A stretch of DNA of 57,621 bases, the filler included, from Blastocystis sp. subtype 4 (taxonomy: Eukaryota): assembly GCF_000743755.1 (NCBI RefSeq). It is 2 parts of 2 records of this genome, joined end to end, with 100 filler letters (N's around TTAATTAATTAA, not from the genome) between each part and the next. Parts side by side here need not be neighbours in the genome. Positions count along the whole stretch, not along the records: positions 28,931 to 57,621 come from NW_014569416.1; 1 more part is not named here. One strand, written 5' to 3'. Below the pieces are notes generated by a model. The model was not told where the DNA came from and did not search any database. It worked only from the letters and a program-made list of their open reading frames with translations. This document shows, in pieces, positions 50,677 to 57,621 of this stretch (its first letter is position 1; every line of letters starts with the position of its first letter). The translations under genes were made by a program, and so were the position numbers.

Positions 50677-53417
50677 TTACATTTCGGTATAATAGTAATT
50701 GAAATCCAGCTGACTGGCAATCGTTACAAAGTCTGCATACCTACAAATGAATACTGTCATTCATTTCAACCCTTTAGGTGGATTTCGTAACTTCACAATT
50801 AGTTGCTGCATCTTCTGAGTAAATTCCTCGTTCAGTACGGCAACCTACCAATCATACAGCCATCAATTCGTCTACTCCATTACATTTATGATTCAGAATA
50901 TCGTCCAATTCCAGTGTAACGCTTTCTCCATTCTACAGTTCACCCATCCCTCAACCATCAACATTGTATTTATCTAGCAAGAGATTAATAGCGTCAAAGA
51001 ATGGACTCTATGCATTAAGTCAGAATTCAGCAAGAACCTGAAGACCAACAAATCGTTTCGAACAGTCCAACAACTCATTAATACATTGTTTAATTCCCAT
51101 ATCTCCACTCGAGATGAAGAAGAAACGACATAAATCGTTCATGTATTGTTCATGAAGTTTCAAAATGGAATCAAATCGATCCACACTATGCAATTTGGAA
51201 ATAAGGTTGTCAAACAATTTATCAATCACATGTAAGAAATAGAAGTTTTGTAACGTGACCAAAAAACTCTGGATTTTGACACGCAATAAATTAAAACGGT
51301 CCATTGCAGGTCGTAACGACCGTTTGATTTCCGGATCTTTCAGTGTATCTAATTCTTGTCCCAAAGAACAATGCTCCATCCACAATCGTTCCATTCCAAG
51401 TGACTGGGTTTTTAAGGTCATCAAAGTGGTGAAAATAAGTTCATATTTTGTCATTACAGCAGGTCCAAAGAGGACGTTTAGATTGGGTTCACATTCGATA
51501 TTAAAGAATGGTTGTTTCCACATATCCAATGCAGTAAGAGCTCTCACACGTCGCAATCGAACATGTTGGGAGATAAATGAATAGGAAGCAGATAGAGAGG
51601 TATTGTGTACACAGTGATTAAACTCATCCTGAAGCCAGCCATCAGATATCTCTGCTGGCGAGTGTAACAATCCATAATCAACTCGAGAAATAAACTCCAA
51701 ATAGAAGTCTCCTGCTCCCATCAAATAGAAATGATGAAGCAATCGTAACATGGCTTGTAAGTGGTATGTTGAATCGTATACTTCAATAATATGCCTCTGT
51801 GCTTGTTCACTTACTGATGAGAGAAATATCTCAAATTCCTTATACTACAGTCAATTCACAATCCCATTATTACATTCTCCAATGAACATGAATCCAGGAT
51901 ATGAACGTCAGATCCTCGTACTAACCACTATACTCACATCTTCATTATATTCTCACCTTGTGATCTTGGAGAGCATCTCTGATGAAGTGAACAGACTTCC
52001 CACAATCGAAGATCTGATCCACGAAACGAGGTGGAAAAAAGCTTGGAATCATACGATGACGGAAATGGTAACTATTCTTGGAAATGACAGAAAAACCCTA
52101 CGTTTCTGTCCATCGATTGTAATTCTCAGAATAAGCTAGAATTGAGGTACAGCGACATATTCCTACTTCCATCAGCTTTCAAAGCTCCAGCAGGTAACAC
52201 AATTTCAACAAAGAACTCAGCATGAATATCCAACAATCGACCATTCACTGCCCATTCCCAAGCCTGCTTCAGAATGAATCGATTAATGTCTTCAAGTAGA
52301 GACAAAGACAAATCTCGATATTCCCGATTCCCGTGATTTGTCTACATCACACATTCTCGCGAAACCTACAAAATTGTAAATGGAAGAGGCTAAGGCTCCT
52401 CCACGGAGATTGATGGAACAACAGAGAACATTGTAAAGGAAGGTGAGACGACGAAGTGGTGATTCACATTGAAAGAGCCTATCATTGATACGAGTATATA
52501 AAAGGACAATTTCTGTAATGTGAGTGGTTCTGAATTTACAGATTGACTATTGGTTTCTTCGAGTGAAATGACAAATCGGTAGTATTGGTAGAGTTGTTTG
52601 TTCACATTGTCATTAACGCTATTCCGAATGATTCCATGTTCCTCAGACTTGGTTTGATCCATCAATCTACACAGAATGAGAAAGGTTTGTTGTTACGATC
52701 GAATTCGTTTGTATAATGAACCGAGTTGCAGTAAATGAAGAACTGTATTAAATATGTGAATTGGAAGAGATAATGAGGAGGATACTTCAAATAGTGAACT
52801 ATCTTTGCTAATTCTGATTGTATATAGACACAACCAACTTGTAAATGAAATAAGTTGAATCAATGCCTTGGAAGGAAACAATGAGTTCTCGAATCAAGAG
52901 CGGCTCTGCAATCTAGTTATAAATAATTGGAAGAAAACATACAGATACTGGCTGTGTTGTTTCCTTTACATGAGTCTCTACTGTCTCTTCTGCAATCTTC
53001 TTTGGAGTCTATTCGTCATAAATTCCTTTCAAAACATACTGAATGAGATGGTTGTGAAGGAAGTTTTGGAATTGAGAACGACGAGAGAGAGATTGATTTA
53101 TTCTGATAATGGAGTGTCATTAAGAGATACAACATCCATCTATAAATGACTCGCAAACACTAGAATCACAATCGAGTTTGTGGGTTGGTTTCACGCGACA
53201 TCGTTAGTTTAGAATACAAAGAATCGAACTTTTCGAGATTATCGTTTCCGTCAATCACATGCTGTCGACAAATCCCTCGAATTGCAGAAATCACGCTCTT
53301 TTCGTCCGCTTCATTTATCAGTTCATTCACAATCCTTACGAATCTGCGAATCTGCAAATGTCCTTAAGAATCGATTACTCAGGCGCAACAGCGAATCATT
53401 TCTCCCTTCTTGGCCAT
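50677..53417 (-). CDS. TUBGCP3: Gamma-tubulin complex component, GCP3/Spc98-like
   Basis: WAVNGRLLDIHAEFFV, IVPSFF...CGKSVHFI, FYLMGAGDF, YELIFTTLMTLK, LHEQYM, QLDFNYYY. Confidence 0.8.
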
Positions 53418-53515
53418 AATGAGAAAATAACCGACTCAGCAATTCCGAAACGGAATCTCGTTGCGGAGTACTCATTGTGAGTGGCTTTAAAAGCTATATT
53501 TAAATCCTGTCCAAA

Positions 53516-55059
53516 ATGGAGCTTATTTCTGGAACCGGATTCAATTCAGATTATCTCAATGATTATAAGACTTCTGTGCTCGTACGCAGGAATCTGTACT
53601 GAAATTCCTTGTTTGCCATCATTTTCAACTGATTGGCTGAGAAAACAGTTAGCAGTAAACACAGAATCGATAAATGATGATTAGAAGAAGTACAGGTTGA
53701 ACCCCTCGTCTGTAAAATTCAGTCTAGAGAATCAGATTGTGGCAGAAGAAGGAGGAGTGATCCGTGATTACGTGAAAGGAAAGCAAAGTACTGCTTATTT
53801 GAATGTCTGGTTGGATTTCACTTGTGTGAAACCAATTCGATGTAGTGTTTGCTGTGAATCTATGGTTCGAATGGTTATGGTGTCTCCAAATATGTCACTT
53901 TCTGATATCGTCCGTGTTGCATTTAAGGTACACTATTCGGGTTCGGATTTAGGATAGGATATCCACTCCTTTTCGGTTGAAGATCTCGTAACATATGGAA
54001 AATTCAACGTGGATGGCGCTTTATTGTCTCCATACTGTGTTGCAAAAGATAATGTTCATTTCGGAAGTGTGATTACCGTTTTACCCGATACGTCTTTCAT
54101 CCGTGAAAATCCTAAACCTCAAATCCCTGTTCGTTTAGTTTCTATCATATTATGCGTAGAAAGAACTGGAGTCCTTTTCCATCACAGTTTTCGTCACAGC
54201 CGATTATTATGTGCAATATCATCTTCCCTCTGATTTCAGTCTGGAGTCCATAAAGAATTATTTTAGCGTATTCACTCCTCCTTTGCCTCAACTTTAGGAT
54301 TTCACGGAAATAGCGGAGCAATACTTGTGGTTTGTAGATTCCTTTGGAACAGATCTTACAGAAGACAACTATTCCCAATTGATCATGAATCAACCTCTTC
54401 AGATGCAAGTTCGGATTTCCGTCCGCGATTCTATGAATGCAGTACATCACTATACCCTGAAACTTGGTGATCGAATTCAGATGCTAGTCACGGATATCCA
54501 GAATTGTCCCTTTGTTCAACTCCCTATGAAAATAACAGTCAACAAGGAGGATATGGATCCAACTACATTCATCTGGGACCTTCTGAAGTATAGTGTAACA
54601 TTACGAGCAACTGAGGTACATATGATGAGGGTATTTTCATTTCTAGCGTACTGAGGATGTTTTTACAGTTGTTTTACAGGAAGATTATACTGCCACTTGT
54701 ACAAAACCTATGGTAGGTTTGACAAGTATTCACTTGCCTGAAGGAGCTGTGTTGGTTGTAGAGACAGTACCAGACTCCAAGTCTCAGTTCTATTTGGTTG
54801 AATATAATGGAGAACGGGACATCAAAGTACCAATTCGATTGTGTGAATCTGTGGAGGAAGTAGACTATCAAACCTATGAAGAGCCAATAATAAAGCGCGT
54901 TTGTACCAGCTGGGATAGTGACTGCCCATATCAGCTCTCTGTAAAACAGAATCAACGGCTCTCCATCACAATGGAGAATGACGATTACTATTATGGAGAG
55001 ATCATCGACGAAAAAACATCATCAACTCAAGGATGGGTTCAAAAGTCACTTGTCGTTTA
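53516..55059 (+). CDS. Hypothetical protein with possible ubiquitin-like segments and a C-terminal SH3-like domain; stop probably made by polyadenylation
   Basis: SH3-like SWDSDCPYQLSVKQNQRLSI...YYYGE...GWVQKSLVV then TA|CATG TGTTTCTT; start approximate. Confidence 0.6.
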
Positions 55060-55063
55060 CATG

Positions 55064-55079
55064 TGTTTCTTTCCAAACA
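55064..55079. terminator. Back-to-back bidirectional GU-rich elements
   Basis: TGTTTCTT-TCCAAACA between the SH3 gene and SmD2. Confidence 0.65.
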
Positions 55080-55086
55080 GGGTATA

Positions 55087-55543
55087 TTAGGCTTTTGTAT
55101 TGAAGTTGCTGCATACAACTACAACGCTATCACCTCGTAGGAATAACTAGGGCTCAAAAATGACAACACCTTCCCTACCTTAGGAATGAATCGATCCTTG
55201 TTCACCACTCTAGCCTTCTTCTTTCCTTTACCCGATTTAGGAACTTCAGTCCAGATTTCCTTTACATTCTCAAGAATCCTATTTCATCAAAAAGAACCAT
55301 CATAACACACATATTACAATGTCTATCAAATGCCTTCACATGGCAAAGCAACTTGTGGTTGTTACGAACGTTAATCAACACCTAGTGATTCAATCTCTCT
55401 ATTACTCCGCAAACCTGTGTATTATTCTTTACTGCTTGATATAGAATCGATAGAGGACCCTTCGCGAACTCTTCCTCCTCACTTCTTTCAGTTCCATTCT
55501 CGGTATTCCTACTAGTAAGTGACTACGGATTCCCAACATACAT
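55087..55543 (-). CDS. SNRPD2: Small nuclear ribonucleoprotein Sm D2; absent from ORF track
   Basis: [13 protein letters not shown]...[12 protein letters not shown]...[21 protein letters not shown]...[19 protein letters not shown] split by a 33-nt intron. Confidence 0.95.
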
Positions 55544-55674
55544 CGTAGTTTAAAGCGATTCAAAACCAGTTTGAGTGATTTCAACTAAATCGAAAGAACC
55601 GTGGTTTTGATTCGCATTGGATTTCAACAACAAACAAACAGTCTAGGCAACAAACGCAAGATCTTTCATGTATG

Positions 55675-57321
<1,647 letters not shown>

Positions 57322-57543
57322 TCTAAACTGTCACAAAATTGTCGACTAGGGGTACGCTCAAAGATTTTGGATACATTCTCAATAATGATGTAGTATTGAG
57401 TAAGATATTGAATTGTTGTGTTCCGCAAAATCCTCAGATTCCCCATAATTATGCTGAATCAATCTACTGAATTACTGGACAAGTTCATAGTTTCCAGTAA
57501 ATCCTACCGCTCTCCTTCTTTTTCAACAAACAATCACAACCCC

Positions 57544-57621
57544 TTAGAATCCCAGGAATCCCAACTCTTCTCTCTCCTTCTTGAAGATTTCAAAGTACTG
57601 GAAGATGGTAGTAACAGCGAG
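57544..57621 (-). CDS. SEC61A: Sec61 alpha subunit, C-terminal end
   Basis: LAVTTIFQYFEIFKKEREELGFLGF*; TGTTTGTT downstream at 57525-57532. Confidence 0.85.
   Translation of the reverse strand, partial: LAVTTIFQYFEIFKKEREELGFLGF

Overview
Compact, gene-dense eukaryotic nuclear DNA of roughly 40% GC, with about 38 genes split by many ~28-33 nt GT-AG introns. The intron size, the TGTTTGTT-like motif at gene ends and the gene content point to Blastocystis (stramenopile); this is an inference. Most genes are housekeeping: TyrRS, codanin-1-like, homoserine dehydrogenase, PARN, gamma-CA, CDF transporter, mt-MetRS, DGK, NT5C, PPIL3, AP-2 mu, UBA1, TBC1D23, tubby, RPAC2, TOP3B, PPTase, GT49, NSUN2, Myb, TRMT13, RNase H2A, XRCC2, CWF19L1, GCP3, SmD2, a MAPK and Sec61a. 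Structure the ORF track misses: (1) at least 8 genes appear to get their stop codon from polyadenylation, with an in-frame T or TA exactly 4 nt before the GU-rich motif; (2) convergent gene pairs share a near-palindromic 15-16 nt bidirectional 3'-end element (TGTTTGT-N-ACAAACA); (3) three 40-41 nt AT-AC (U12) introns, one in a bacterial-type gene; (4) a ~2,300 aa single-pass surface protein with lectin-like, He_PIG and five hormone-receptor-like Cys modules; (5) a TQH-type MAPK ending in a CaaX box; (6) a start codon split by an intron in SmD2. One scaffold gap contains an artificial stop linker. Gene boundaries come from manual splicing and are approximate where noted.
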